From a virus (Duplodnaviria > Heunggongvirae > Uroviricota > Caudoviricetes): a stretch of 62,764 bases of DNA. The stretch lies in IMG/VR virus record IMGVR_UViG_2516143071_000006; one strand, 5' to 3'. Position 1 is the first letter of the stretch, and every line of letters begins with the position of its first letter. This document shows, in pieces, positions 30,633 through 41,565 of this stretch. The notes under the pieces were generated by a model. The model was not told the origin of the DNA, did no database searches, and worked only from the letters and a program-made list of their open reading frames with translations. The translations under genes and the position numbers were made by a program.

Positions 30633-32777
30633 TCAGAGCGGCATTTCATGCATCCGCTGTTGTAGTGTATGCAGCATCTGTTGCTGAAGAACTTCCTGCT
30701 CCTGTTCCATATTCTGTATGCCGGTAATGATTTCTGCCGTATGCGCCTGGTTGAGCGCATCCACATAACGCTGTCCCTGTGCCGCGGCGACATCCCGTTG
30801 TGCGCCAGCATTATCCCGTTGCGCAGCTGCCTGTGCCCTGGCAGCTTCTGCTTCCAGTTTAGCCACCCGGCCTGCCATCTCGCGCATCTGGAGTTCTTCC
30901 TGTTGTTGCTCCAGGGCCTGTTGTTGTGCCGCTACTTGCTGTTCTTCCGGGGTCATTTCATCCGGTGATTTTGGCGTCCCCAGCGCCGCACGAATACGTT
31001 CGACAAACTCCTGTTTCTGCGGCACATCCAGAAGGTTAACCCACAGGTCGAGCACGACGGCCTGCACCTGAGGTGGCAGCCCCTGAATAACCTCTGACAT
31101 TCGCTGTGCAAGCTGTGCCTTAAACGCCGGTGTCTGCTGAACAGGAGCCAGCGCAATATGTGTATTTAACCTTGAAATATCATTGGTCAGTTCACCATTA
31201 TCACCTTCAGCATTGAGAACAATGGTCTGGCGACGCTGGCGATCATCACGATTAATCACCACCGCATGATTACGCCGCTTTTTCAGGCCATCGAGAAGAT
31301 AAGCGAGCAACAGCCTTCCCACCTGCTGGCAGGCAAACTGGTAGTTATCGTTGATTTCGGCAAGGGTTGTGGCTCCCTGCTCCACCAGGTTGCTGATCGC
31401 CACGCCGGACGATGCATTTGAATCCTGCCCGAGAAATGCGGAATAAACCCCCATCGTGTCCTGGATAAGTTTTTCCGACTCCTGCATGACCTGAAACTGC
31501 TGGCTGGCAACCTGAAAATCCTGTTCAACCCGGAAAACATCAGCAACGCTTTTCTGATTTTTTCGGGCCGGATTCAGTTTAATAATGCCATCCGGACGCT
31601 CGATCTGCTCCATCAGCTCGTTGTCTGACAACTGGGTGGCATCCTCGTCCATAATCACGCGTTTGGCCTGAAGCAACCACGTCAGTTTTATACGACGAAA
31701 ATTCACCTCATCCTGTGCCGGAATGGCCCGGGAAATCAGCCCGTAAGGCTCCCCGGTTTTATCCTTCCGGTATCCCCAGAAGGGAACCAGCGGGAACATC
31801 CCCTGCGGCGCACTGCAGGGGCGATCCACAATAAAGTGCGGTCCCACAAACCAGGCTTCACGAATACGACTTACCCGCCCGACTCTCACCTGCACCCGCC
31901 CGGATGCCACAGCCACCGCATGCATCAGATTATTTTTATCAAAGGCCACCACCCGTCCATTACTGAGTTCAATCACCGGAAGACGCTCGAATGTACGGTA
32001 ATAAACCACCTGAAGCAGCACACGACGGCGTTCACGCTGAAGCCATTCGTTCTCCTTACGATCCCATGACTGATACTCTTCCCATGCACTCATCAACGGA
32101 CTGGGCTGGCCTTCAGTAACCGTGGTATCGACAAAACCACGCCAGTCATCAATGGCATAATCGATAACCTGAGCCATTCCCGGGAATGTGGCTTTTGCCT
32201 CATCGGTATCCATCCAGCGGCGGCGCATCAGCCAGCGGCAGTCACTTAAATCAGCTTCCCGGCTGAGCCAGTCCCAGAACACTTCTTTCCGGCTGACAGT
32301 AGACACCTTAAACTCAGGCCCGAACGGATCGCTGTTCCGTCTGACCTCCACCCAGCTGAGCCCCGCCTTGATTTGTTCCGCATAGGCATCAGAGCGGGCT
32401 TTATTCATATTGCCAAGGCGGCATGCATCGGCAAATTCAGCATTAATAGCTTCAGCCAGTTTTTCAGTTTCATCATCTGGTTCGTCTGACATCACCACCA
32501 GATCAGTCCGTGTTTTGGCCTCCATTCCCAGAACACCATCAACGGTAGGCGCGATGAGGTTATGGATAGTCATCGGCTGACCGCGATCTTTCAGTACCTG
32601 AAGAACTTCTGGTGGCAACTGGTCACCATCGTAATACGCACAGGCCTTGTTTGCGGCATCGCGCCATTTAGGCTGACTGTCAATATCAGAACAAAGCGCC
32701 TGTAACTGGCGCTGAGAAAAACGCGGCGTGGCTCCGTTGTCGTTTTTCGTCGCCATGGTATTAGTTTCATTTTTCAT
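30633..32777 (-). CDS. Portal protein
   Basis: 714-aa ORF immediately downstream of TerL with overlapping stop and start. Confidence 0.7.
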   Translation of the reverse strand: MKNETNTMATKNDNGATPRFSQRQLQALCSDIDSQPKWRDAANKACAYYDGDQLPPEVLQVLKDRGQPMTIHNLIAPTVDGVLGMEAKTRTDLVVMSDEPDDETEKLAEAINAEFADACRLGNMNKARSDAYAEQIKAGLSWVEVRRNSDPFGPEFKVSTVSRKEVFWDWLSREADLSDCRWLMRRRWMDTDEAKATFPGMAQVIDYAIDDWRGFVDTTVTEGQPSPLMSAWEEYQSWDRKENEWLQRERRRVLLQVVYYRTFERLPVIELSNGRVVAFDKNNLMHAVAVASGRVQVRVGRVSRIREAWFVGPHFIVDRPCSAPQGMFPLVPFWGYRKDKTGEPYGLISRAIPAQDEVNFRRIKLTWLLQAKRVIMDEDATQLSDNELMEQIERPDGIIKLNPARKNQKSVADVFRVEQDFQVASQQFQVMQESEKLIQDTMGVYSAFLGQDSNASSGVAISNLVEQGATTLAEINDNYQFACQQVGRLLLAYLLDGLKKRRNHAVVINRDDRQRRQTIVLNAEGDNGELTNDISRLNTHIALAPVQQTPAFKAQLAQRMSEVIQGLPPQVQAVVLDLWVNLLDVPQKQEFVERIRAALGTPKSPDEMTPEEQQVAAQQQALEQQQEELQMREMAGRVAKLEAEAARAQAAAQRDNAGAQRDVAAAQGQRYVDALNQAHTAEIITGIQNMEQEQEVLQQQMLHTLQQRMHEMPL

Positions 32778-34483
32778 CAGTGAGCCATCCAGTGTGTGGT
32801 TCTGCGTTTATCCGTTTTCTGTCTTACCCTCACCGGCATTCTGGCGCGCATCTCCTGGGCAATCATGTAGCTCATAAGCTGATCATCAAAACAGCCTTCC
32901 TGTGCATTCATGGAGCCTTTCGCGTCATAAACGTAGGTGTTCATTTCTGATAATGTGCCCGTCCAGCGGATCCCCGACAGGCCGTTATTCAGCAGCGTTT
33001 TCATTCCCTCAGTCAGGACCGGTTTACTCTGGCGGGTTGTCAGCCAGCCAAGACGGGGCGTATCGTCGTCATATGCCTGGTCAAGGTGCTGTTCGTTGTA
33101 GATATAACGCGTCGGATAGAGTTCCCGGAGTTTCAGGATAACGGCATGTCCGTGATTGTTACGCTCCGGCCCCACAAACGCGTTGTTGTACATACGGCAG
33201 ACCTGCGCAATGAGATGAGCGAAAAGCTCCGCATCGAGATGACCAAACCAGTGAGCTACCTGCTCACCATTACTGCGTTTGATAATATCCAGCGATGAGC
33301 GGTCTCCGTGCTCCAGCCCCTCAGCGGTATCCGCTCCGCATACATACTCTTCATCCGGATCCGGTAGCTCCCAGACCAGCAGATAATTCATCAGCGTCCG
33401 GTGCTGTTCGGCTTTATTCCCGTCACGCAGAGACTGCGCTTTGGTCTTCGTTCCTGTAACCGGTTCAATGTCATAAACAATCAGCGGTGGCGAACAGAAT
33501 GACTCTGCCTGCAGCGTGCTTTCCGCACTGAACACCCGTCGTCCGGACGTCAGAAACGCCTCCTGTGGTGTTGAGGGAAACTCCTGCTTCATTTCCTCAC
33601 GCTGTTCAGTTTCCTTGCAGATGTACCAGTGTTTCTGCTCATCGGTAAGCGTGATGTTCATTGCTTTTTCAACCGCAGAAAAATACGCTGTTTTTTCCCG
33701 TGACAGCTTAAGTCCGCTTTCCGGCACTCTGGCGCTGTATTTGAGATCCTGCCACCAGGCGTAAAAATGGAATTTATAATCCTGTGGCGTCAGCGCCAGC
33801 CCTGATGCAGTGATTTCCTGTGCCCGGTTACTCATCTCGTAAAAATCGCCACCCACACCTTCAGCAGTGGACTCATCAAAAATAATGCACTCATCAGAGA
33901 CGGCATTAAGTGTACCGGTTCGCAGCTCTTTCGCCTTAGCCGGATATTTTGCGCAAATTTTGCCGTGCTCTGAGATATGCAGGCGCTGCACCGTACCTGA
34001 ACGGAATGAGGTTGCCACCTGGATACTCGAGCCGTGCCCAAACAGGATATAGCCACCGCTGGCTCCGCTACGACGTTCAACGATGGTGAATGAGGCTCTC
34101 AGCCAGTCAGGAAGATGATCAAACGGTACAGCAATTTTGGTGCGGAAAATTTCACTGGCAGCCTGTTTATCCTGAGCGACAATCCCGCATTTGAGATGCG
34201 GTATGAATAATGCCTGGTCGAGAAGATAAATATCAATGGCCGTGGAAAACCCCAGCTGGCGTGCTTTCAGGATAATATTTTTATTGTGCATGCTCCGGAA
34301 CAACTGGCGCTGCGCCGGTCGCATTCTGAAGGTGACCAGCTCACCTTTTTCGTTCTGTATCTTGTAGAGATGATTGAGCCGCCACCAGGGATTGCTCAGT
34401 TTAGTCATGATGAACAGACGTTGTTCGGCCTCTGTCATTTCTGACGGTTCATCACATCGCGGTTCATTCTTCCGGAATGTCAT
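32777..34483 (-). CDS. Terminase large subunit
   Basis: 568 aa; Walker-type ATPase N-terminus and C-terminal nuclease-like region; overlaps TerS end. Confidence 0.8.
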   Translation of the reverse strand: MTFRKNEPRCDEPSEMTEAEQRLFIMTKLSNPWWRLNHLYKIQNEKGELVTFRMRPAQRQLFRSMHNKNIILKARQLGFSTAIDIYLLDQALFIPHLKCGIVAQDKQAASEIFRTKIAVPFDHLPDWLRASFTIVERRSGASGGYILFGHGSSIQVATSFRSGTVQRLHISEHGKICAKYPAKAKELRTGTLNAVSDECIIFDESTAEGVGGDFYEMSNRAQEITASGLALTPQDYKFHFYAWWQDLKYSARVPESGLKLSREKTAYFSAVEKAMNITLTDEQKHWYICKETEQREEMKQEFPSTPQEAFLTSGRRVFSAESTLQAESFCSPPLIVYDIEPVTGTKTKAQSLRDGNKAEQHRTLMNYLLVWELPDPDEEYVCGADTAEGLEHGDRSSLDIIKRSNGEQVAHWFGHLDAELFAHLIAQVCRMYNNAFVGPERNNHGHAVILKLRELYPTRYIYNEQHLDQAYDDDTPRLGWLTTRQSKPVLTEGMKTLLNNGLSGIRWTGTLSEMNTYVYDAKGSMNAQEGCFDDQLMSYMIAQEMRARMPVRVRQKTDKRRTTHWMAH

Positions 34484-35270
34484 CCAGTCTCCCCGAATTA
34501 CTCATTTCATGCAGCGATGACACGATGTCACTGACAGGCGTAACAACGCCCCGACGCTGGCTGGTCAGAATATCGGTTTCCGCTCTGAGTTTATCTCTGG
34601 CAGCGTTGGTTCTTTCCCGGTCAGCACGAAGTTTTGGTGCTGTTTCAGCCAGAACGTCCAGCGTCAGCAATGAGCGTTCAATTGACTCGATACGGGCAAT
34701 ATTCCGGTCAAGGGCCTGTTCAGCTTTGAGTATTTTGTCGTAAAGAGCAACGCGGGTTTCCACGTCAGTTGCCTCTTCCAGGTCGGCGAACATCCCTTTA
34801 AGTGCCTTAGTTACTGAAAGTGCGCGGGCCCGGGTGAACACCAGTTCATCGAACAGCACCATGTCGGACGCATCATCCATGAGGTTATCTGCCTCAAGAT
34901 ACTTCGCATATCCACGGTGTCTTACGGCGTGGGTGTTTCGCTGAGAAAAAGCGTTTGAAGGTGGTAAAAGTCGGGAACCACGAATCCGTTTCGTTTCTGC
35001 CGAATTTGCGCAGTTTTTTTCAGAGTTTTTTGCGCATTTTTCATCGCCGGAACCCGCGTCATTGCAGGGTTCTTCATCTGAGATGTCATGATCGATTTCA
35101 TGATCGGTTTTATGATCAATTTCATGATCGATTTTGCCCATTTTTATACGGGTTCTGGCGGTGTTGTAATTAATCTTTTTCTTCCGGCACCAGTCCAGTA
35201 ATGTTATTCCCGTTTCGGCATGTTCGCGTCGGAATGCCTGCTCCAGCTTTTTCCAGTCCAGCTTTGCCAT
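34464..35270 (-). CDS. Terminase small subunit (putative)
   Basis: 268-aa ORF upstream of TerL; HTH-like N-terminus; contains a DHEIDH tandem repeat. Confidence 0.55.
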   Translation of the reverse strand: MAKLDWKKLEQAFRREHAETGITLLDWCRKKKINYNTARTRIKMGKIDHEIDHKTDHEIDHDISDEEPCNDAGSGDEKCAKNSEKNCANSAETKRIRGSRLLPPSNAFSQRNTHAVRHRGYAKYLEADNLMDDASDMVLFDELVFTRARALSVTKALKGMFADLEEATDVETRVALYDKILKAEQALDRNIARIESIERSLLTLDVLAETAPKLRADRERTNAARDKLRAETDILTSQRRGVVTPVSDIVSSLHEMSNSGRLDDIPEE

Positions 35271-35562
35271 GTCACTTTCTGACGTCCTGTGTTAAAAACT
35301 GATGCATAATGACCGCTGTGATTTTTCAGATTTCACACAGCAGCACCATATTTGATCGATATTTGCACAATGCGGTTGTTTTATCCGGTTTCTTCCACCA
35401 CCGCACCGGACAGGCGGCTTCGCGGGAAATCGCTCCCATCTCGTGAAAAATGAGAAAACCCGGTGTGCATCGTTTTTGATTATCCCCGCACACTCACGCA
35501 GATAAGGTGGCTGCAGTCTCTGTTAATGCGGGAATACGGCGACGATACGGCGCATGGCTATG

Positions 35563-36114
35563 TCAGGCTGAAATGCCTTTATCAAATCCGGGTAACGCAA
35601 TCTGCCCCTGCTGCTCCAGCCTGTCCAGCCTTGCCAGCAACTGAGGCTTCTTCACCCTGCCCCAGCGATTGAGCAAACGACCTGACATACTGGCGACATC
35701 TTTCTCTTTCATGTACTCCAGCATTACAGCGTTGCGCTCCGCCTCCAGATTCGCCAGACCTTGCTGAATAAGCTCAGCCATCCAGTTGAAAGCCTGAATG
35801 TACGCTTCCTTAAAGGTCATAGCAGCCTTCCCCGTAAAACCAAATACCAACATCGTCCAACCGTCTTTTGTCATTCGATATATGGGCTGGGGTTTACCGT
35901 TCTGTAACTCATTGTTTTCATAGCAAAGCGCAAAATTGCGCTCTGCAAATTCTTTTGAGCATTGTTGAACAACGGCTCTTGTTTTCCGCAATACATCTTT
36001 GTGTTCTTTGCCAAATGCTACGGCAACCTTTCGGGTATCCGTCACCGGCTCGTTGCCTGTCACAAAAACAAGATCTCGAAAATCGATGCCGTTAACGATA
36101 GTTGGATAATTCAT
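35563..36114 (-). CDS. Rha-family phage regulatory protein
   Basis: MNYPTIVNGIDFRDLVFVTGNEPVTDTRKVAVAFGKEHKDVLR N-terminus. Confidence 0.65.
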   Translation of the reverse strand: MNYPTIVNGIDFRDLVFVTGNEPVTDTRKVAVAFGKEHKDVLRKTRAVVQQCSKEFAERNFALCYENNELQNGKPQPIYRMTKDGWTMLVFGFTGKAAMTFKEAYIQAFNWMAELIQQGLANLEAERNAVMLEYMKEKDVASMSGRLLNRWGRVKKPQLLARLDRLEQQGQIALPGFDKGISA

Positions 36115-36316
36115 CAGTGCACACCTTTTAGTGATGAACCTTGTCACACAGGATTCCGGCCCACAGAAAGGCACCGATCACCAAACCGGCATCCTCAAGG
36201 GTCATCCTGAAAGGTTCTGTGTTCATAAGTCGCGCGTGTGAAGCGCGTTTACTGCGGACATAAAAAAGCCCCGTATCGCGAGGCTCATTAAATTGACTTT
36301 GTGATTTGCAAAAAAA

Positions 36317-36745
36317 TTATTTCAGGCATTGCGTCCTGATGTATTCCTGCAGGTAGTTAACCTGCGCAGTTATCTTGTCGATTCCACTTCTGAGACGGTA
36401 ATAATTGAGTTCAGCATCTGCTGTAAGTCCTGGGCTTTCTCCATCGCCCATGCTGCTGGCTCCGGTCGTTGACTTTGCACAGGTGGCGGCGACTTGCAGG
36501 CGCTTACGCCCAGCAGAAACATCAGCACGGAGACTTTCGATAGTCGCATTAGCATCAGCAAGCTCCTTTGTGTATCTGGCGTCAAGTTCTGCTACATCAC
36601 GTTGCCGCTTCTGCATATCTGCGATGATGGATGTGGCTTTATCGCGCTGCTCTTTGTAAGCGATGGCGTTATCACGGTAATGATTCAGCCCCAGACTAAG
36701 CGCACCACAGACCACCAGCAGAATAACGGTAAACGCGGAAAGCAT
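36317..36745 (-). CDS. Rz: Rz i-spanin
   Basis: N-terminal TM helix then NHYRDNAIAYKEQRDK...YTKELADA, closely resembling lambda Rz; start could be the upstream GTG. Confidence 0.75.
   Translation of the reverse strand: MLSAFTVILLVVCGALSLGLNHYRDNAIAYKEQRDKATSIIADMQKRQRDVAELDARYTKELADANATIESLRADVSAGRKRLQVAATCAKSTTGASSMGDGESPGLTADAELNYYRLRSGIDKITAQVNYLQEYIRTQCLK
36370..36555 (-). CDS. Rz1: Rz1 o-spanin lipoprotein, embedded in Rz in another frame
   Basis: Signal plus lipobox (LLGVSAC) followed by a Pro-rich stretch (KSPPPVQSQRPEPAAW). Confidence 0.55.
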   Translation of the reverse strand: MLMRLSKVSVLMFLLGVSACKSPPPVQSQRPEPAAWAMEKAQDLQQMLNSIITVSEVESTR

Positions 36746-36905
36746 TCGGTTTATGCTCACCCCACCAGCCCTGCCGAAGTCAACGCCATCCAGTTTATGG
36801 AAAGAAAAAGAACAACCAGCATTAGTGAAAATGAAATACCGACGATTACACAAAGGCCCTTCGCCAGCGTTATGAGTTTATCCGATATCATTAGCCACCA
36901 CTCCA

Positions 36906-37475
36906 TCAATCCGCCTTTGTTATTTTCCCTTTGCCTGTATCAGCCAGGACAAAATCAATCAGCAGATTCGCTTCGTTTATCAATGTGCGGATTTTTGATA
37001 CATGCGCGGCTTTAACCTGTTTCCACTCATTCAGCCCGGTAGCAAACACACTGGCAATGTTTTTATCCCGTTTCATGTCAGCGCAGGCCTGATTGAGTTC
37101 TTCCATCACACTCATTCGACGGGGATTAACGACACCCCCCTTCGTCCAGTATTCATAGAGAACATCGTCGCACTCTTCCTGATACTGGATTACCTTGTCG
37201 CGGATTTCGGGTTTTACTTTGTTGGGATTGATGGTTTGTAACCAGCCTGCAAGTTTTCGAAGTGGCAGGGACACCATATTGCGTCGTTTCCCATCCTCAG
37301 CAACCATAACGATTTCCGTTATAGTTGACGCAAAACGCTGTCTTAACTTAGCCAACTGTGATTGCCAGGCCAGCCCCATCCCCGCAACGACAGGTTTCAT
37401 GGGAACGTATGGCTCACCGTTATGGTTAACCACATAAAGAGAATCGCCGTGAAACGGCACGGTCATCATATTCAT
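36906..37475 (-). CDS. Phage antirepressor-like protein (P22 antirepressor N-terminal type)
   Basis: MTVPFHGDSLYVVNHNGEPYVPMKPVVAGMGLAWQSQ motif; sits between R and Rz. Confidence 0.55.
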   Translation of the reverse strand: MNMMTVPFHGDSLYVVNHNGEPYVPMKPVVAGMGLAWQSQLAKLRQRFASTITEIVMVAEDGKRRNMVSLPLRKLAGWLQTINPNKVKPEIRDKVIQYQEECDDVLYEYWTKGGVVNPRRMSVMEELNQACADMKRDKNIASVFATGLNEWKQVKAAHVSKIRTLINEANLLIDFVLADTGKGKITKAD

Positions 37476-37748
37476 CGGTTATTTCCTTTTAGTGATGAAC
37501 CCTGCGCACAGGAATAACCAGCCCAAAGAGGGTTAACCAGACCACTGCCGGTTATCCACCAGGGCTCATCCTGAAAGGTTCTTTGGTTTATTTACGCTTG
37601 TGCGAAGCGCAGAAATGACAAAGACACCATTACGGTGCCTCAGCGTGAAACAATCTTCCTGACTTTATTCACTTGCATTTTGCCAGTTCGCAGGATTTCG
37701 TGTTATCCGTCCGCGTGAGCAAACGTCATTTTTCAGCAAAATATTCTG

Positions 37749-38282
37749 CTACCTGTCGATACCCCAGCATGCCAGCGCACTCTCCTGGTCGCGACGGGAT
37801 ACCTGACCGTAGCAATTATTTGAGCGGATACGGCAGTCTCTGCCACCGTCCTTAATCCACCAGCGAATCGCTTCACACGCTCCCCTGCGATCGCCTGCAT
37901 TAATTCGTTTATAAAACGTCGACGGGAAACACTTACCGGGGCCAATGTTGTAAGGACAGAATGACGCGATCCCCGCTTTCTGAGGTTCGGTCAGTGGCAC
38001 TCTGATGTTTTTCGCCACCCATGCCAGCGCCTTATCACGTTCAATGGCGTTAACCTGGTCGCATTTTTCCTTCGACAACTTCATGCCGGGGACGACAAGC
38101 TTACCATCCACCTGGGTGGCACCACGGCAGATGGTCCAGATACCCACACCATCACGGTATGCCGTGGTGTGGTTGCCTTCCTTTTCATCCAGAAACTGGT
38201 CGAGGATTTCAGGCGCAGAAGCACCTGCGGCAATCAGCGCCAGAACGGCAGCCGATAAACCATAGCGGAGTTTCCTGCTCAT
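37749..38282 (-). CDS. R: Endolysin R, lysozyme with an N-terminal signal-anchor-release helix
   Basis: Hydrophobic N-terminus (LSAAVLALIAAGASA) then lysozyme core (EGNHTTAYRDGVGIWTICRG). Confidence 0.8.
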   Translation of the reverse strand: MSRKLRYGLSAAVLALIAAGASAPEILDQFLDEKEGNHTTAYRDGVGIWTICRGATQVDGKLVVPGMKLSKEKCDQVNAIERDKALAWVAKNIRVPLTEPQKAGIASFCPYNIGPGKCFPSTFYKRINAGDRRGACEAIRWWIKDGGRDCRIRSNNCYGQVSRRDQESALACWGIDR

Positions 38283-38286
38283 CAGC

Positions 38287-38502
38287 TTACTCTCCCCGTG
38301 CCGCCTTACGCCTGTCCTCTCTGATTTTGAAATACAGGTTCGTCAGGTACGTCAGCAGACCAAACAGCAGACTCCCCAGCACGCCTATTGCCGCCCACTG
38401 AGACGGGGAAACCCTGTCCAGCAACTGCAGGAACCAGTAGCCCGTTCCCACCGCTGACGTGGTGTATGACACACCTGTTGTGATTTTTTCCATCTGGTAC
38501 AT
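38287..38502 (-). CDS. S: Holin S (class II, dual-start)
   Basis: MYQMEK dual-start motif, two TM helices, charged C-terminus [13 protein letters not shown]. Confidence 0.75.
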   Translation of the reverse strand: MYQMEKITTGVSYTTSAVGTGYWFLQLLDRVSPSQWAAIGVLGSLLFGLLTYLTNLYFKIREDRRKAARGE

Positions 38503-38578
38503 ACCCCGTCTCCCGCAATCCGGAAGCTCACAACAATATAAAGACCACCGGCACACACCGATGGTCCCTTGCGCATGC

Positions 38579-38824
38579 TTACATCATCATGTCGCTGTCA
38601 GGTGTAGGTTCACCGCCATCTGAAGCACTCCCGTCACCCGCGATACCTTCCGGCTCAGGAACCGCTGGTACGCCCAGCAGCTCATCCAGAATGGCATCCA
38701 CTTCTGCATCAAGACGCGACTCAAGGTTCTGGCGAAGTTTCTGTTTCAGTGCGCTCCGGACTTCTTCAGAGCGCAGGACTTCCTTCACTGCCTCTGCAGT
38801 GACCAGGGATGTGATTTCTGACAT
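38579..38824 (-). CDS. Hypothetical small acidic protein
   Basis: ORF 38579..38986 with an internal ATG at 38824 ([16 protein letters not shown]...). Confidence 0.35.
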   Translation of the reverse strand: MSEITSLVTAEAVKEVLRSEEVRSALKQKLRQNLESRLDAEVDAILDELLGVPAVPEPEGIAGDGSASDGGEPTPDSDMMM

Positions 38825-38849
38825 GGGATTTTCTCGCTGAAAGGGGTTG

Positions 38850-39032
38850 TTAAGGAGTAACGGGCTCTTCGGGTTTGCTTCCGGCTGACTGACTGGCGCT
38901 GATTTTCTCAGCGGCCCTTTTATCAATCTGCCTGCACCAGAAATCGCGCACAGCCCTGTACCCACCCGAAAGAAGATACAGCACACAGACCGCCGTACAG
39001 AAGTACAGCATCACCTGATGAATAAATGTCAT
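38850..39032 (-). CDS. Hypothetical small membrane protein
   Basis: 60-aa ORF with one TM helix. Confidence 0.3.
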   Translation of the reverse strand: MTFIHQVMLYFCTAVCVLYLLSGGYRAVRDFWCRQIDKRAAEKISASQSAGSKPEEPVTP

Positions 39033-39170
39033 AATTTCTTACCGTTATGGTTGACAATGAGAATTGTTTTCATTTAAAAACCAATGTACGAAAGCATCTT
39101 TTCTTTACATTCTCCATTGGGATTACCTCCGCCAGCTTCCATTCCTGCCGCTGGCGGCTTTTTTTAGCAA

Positions 39171-41081
39171 TTATGCGGCTGCTCCAGCTTTGTTTGCTTT
39201 AACTTCCACCGTATCAATAAGTACAGGGTAGGTTTCTGCACTACCTGTAATATCCGTAATGACAAACCTGTTGAGTCCATTAGCAGTATTGGCCCATTTC
39301 ACCAGGTCAAACGCCTGTCCATCCACACCATCGAGCACCGGAGTAACATTAATGCTGTTACTGCCCTTAAATTTAAATGCAAGCGTATGCCAGTCATGGT
39401 CGAATGCGCCAAACGTGCCAAGTTCTTTTTGTTGATTAACTGTATGATGGTATGCAACATTAATACTGGCTTTATCTGTCTGGACAAAGAAAGAACTCAG
39501 ATGGCCTTCACCACCCTCACCCGGCCATTCCGCTATTCGCCAGTACAAACCAAAGGCATACTTGTTTCTGGTTGTCTCAAGATTGACGTTTTCGGGGATT
39601 TTAAACCGGACAGCAATTTCCCCGCCTTTTTCCAGTAAAAGTTTTGCCTTGTCTGCAGCAATATCACAGTACATTGACCAGGATTTCGCGCTGTTATTTT
39701 TCTCAATTCGCAGAGCTTTATTGCCGCTGTCATCAACCAGTGTGCGCCTGCCATACACACCGTCCCAGCCATAGGGTTTCAGCTGATTGTCTGTAGCTTT
39801 TTTGGCATCGTAAAAAATTACAGACTCTGAGGTGGTAACCGGTCTGTCTGGAACAACCACCCCGGCAGTACCATTAACAAACGCAGAAGACTTACCCGCG
39901 CAGCTCAGAATCGCAGTTGCCAGACGGTCGGAAATAATCCCACGGCGAGCCCATGAACTGAAATGGCTCGCCCTGTCCTGTGACGTCCAGGTGGCTGAGC
40001 TGTCACGCCATTTCGAACCGTAATAACCGATACCCGGAATGTCCGGGTCTTCTTCCGGTTTGTTCGTCGGCACATTCACCCCGTTCTCATCGGTCATGAA
40101 CGGTACGAAATGGATATTCTTTTCCGTTTTATTTTTATAGCTGCCGTACACCGTCTGGTACGTGGATTCGTTCTTCTGCTTCCAGAAATACGTCGTGTCC
40201 CCGCATATCCAGGGAACACCGCCAGCAGAGCCACCGACGCACTGGCCTGCCATATCCGCCAGGTCTGCACGGAATTTATCAACCAGCGCACCAAACTGTG
40301 CGGCATGATTTGCCGGCGTACCGCCAAAATCAAATTCCCCCTGCATCCACACCACGGCAAACAGCACATTTTTCGGGTTCTTCTCCAGTGCCGCTTTTGT
40401 TCGACCGATAAGGTCCTTATACAGCGGCTTGTCCACACCCCAGCGGGTTGAATTCTCCGAGGCGCCACTCGCGTCACTGTATGTGCCATCAGCTCCGGTG
40501 GTGAACGCTGAACCACCACGACAGCACGGAACCAGCAGAATGCCCGCATTCGCCGGTATAAACGGCAGCAGTTTTTTGGCGATATGCAGCCCCTGCCCCA
40601 CGGTTCCGTACTGCCCCTTTGACAGGTCCGCTTTCGGATGGTTAAGACGGCTCATGTCCTGCACATCATGCAGACAATGGTCCGCCGGAATGATGTCGTT
40701 ATATTTGCATGCTGCACCGCCCGGTGTCACCGTACTGCGACGCGCTAACTGTTTAATACGTGGATCAGGGCTGTCGAATGTATCCGGTAATGGCAGTCCC
40801 TCACCGTATGACATACCATTGGACTGACCAGCAAGCGCGATCACATAGTAATATTCTGGCGCAACAGAAGGCGCTGAGGTCGTCGGACGGTTGCCTGGCT
40901 CCTCTGGTGATGAGATGCTCCCCTCACTCACAACTGGCTGGATGAACTCCGCACCATAACCAGCTGTCGAAATCAGCGCACTACCATAAGGCTGCCACCC
41001 TTCCTTCAGTTTTTGAGTTATTCGTTTCGCAAGGTCTGACGGCGACGCCGCCCTGACAACATCATAGTGTTTAAATGCCAT
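39171..41081 (-). CDS. nanS: NanS-p-type sialate O-acetylesterase (DUF1737 N-terminal domain plus SGNH esterase)
   Basis: MAFKHYDVVRAASPSDLAKRITQKLKEGWQPYG N-terminus and GQSNGMSYG esterase motif; located between Q and S. Confidence 0.8.
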   Translation of the reverse strand: MAFKHYDVVRAASPSDLAKRITQKLKEGWQPYGSALISTAGYGAEFIQPVVSEGSISSPEEPGNRPTTSAPSVAPEYYYVIALAGQSNGMSYGEGLPLPDTFDSPDPRIKQLARRSTVTPGGAACKYNDIIPADHCLHDVQDMSRLNHPKADLSKGQYGTVGQGLHIAKKLLPFIPANAGILLVPCCRGGSAFTTGADGTYSDASGASENSTRWGVDKPLYKDLIGRTKAALEKNPKNVLFAVVWMQGEFDFGGTPANHAAQFGALVDKFRADLADMAGQCVGGSAGGVPWICGDTTYFWKQKNESTYQTVYGSYKNKTEKNIHFVPFMTDENGVNVPTNKPEEDPDIPGIGYYGSKWRDSSATWTSQDRASHFSSWARRGIISDRLATAILSCAGKSSAFVNGTAGVVVPDRPVTTSESVIFYDAKKATDNQLKPYGWDGVYGRRTLVDDSGNKALRIEKNNSAKSWSMYCDIAADKAKLLLEKGGEIAVRFKIPENVNLETTRNKYAFGLYWRIAEWPGEGGEGHLSSFFVQTDKASINVAYHHTVNQQKELGTFGAFDHDWHTLAFKFKGSNSINVTPVLDGVDGQAFDLVKWANTANGLNRFVITDITGSAETYPVLIDTVEVKANKAGAAA

Positions 41082-41274
41082 GAATCCTCCCGGCCGGGAT
41101 AATATTGTGAGTAAAATAAGGAGCGGGCTGAAGTCCGGAAGTTACAGGACAATGGCAGAAGGGAGACTACAGCCCGCAATTCGAAAAAGGTCGCGCAGTT
41201 GCGCAGAGTGATTACTATGGGGTATTATTCGCCAGCTGAAATATTACTTCACGTTTCATTGTTCATTCCTTGCC

Positions 41275-41304
41275 GCCCGCGTCTCCCAGCGCGGGCTTTT
41301 TTGT
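41275..41304 (+). terminator. Hairpin plus T-run in the Q-nanS gap, followed by a second hairpin at 41315..41332
   Basis: cccgcgtctcccagcgcggg then cttttttg. Confidence 0.35.
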
Positions 41305-41565
41305 CCATAAGAAAGCCCCTCCGGAGAGGGGCTGGAGAGTGGCGCTATGTGCCATTGCATGGTGCCGGGTGCCTCCCGGTGAGTTCAGCCCGGTGCCACT
41401 AAACCCGCGTCATTCTCGTTTTGATAATCAGAGATTATACCGTCACCAGTCGCCCCTCCGCTCAGGGGGATTCACCATGCAGTTTTTTCTAACAAATTCT
41501 CATCCGGGCAGACAACATTCAACTGACTTAATTGTGAGGTATGTAACATTCCCGTTGAACGGATA

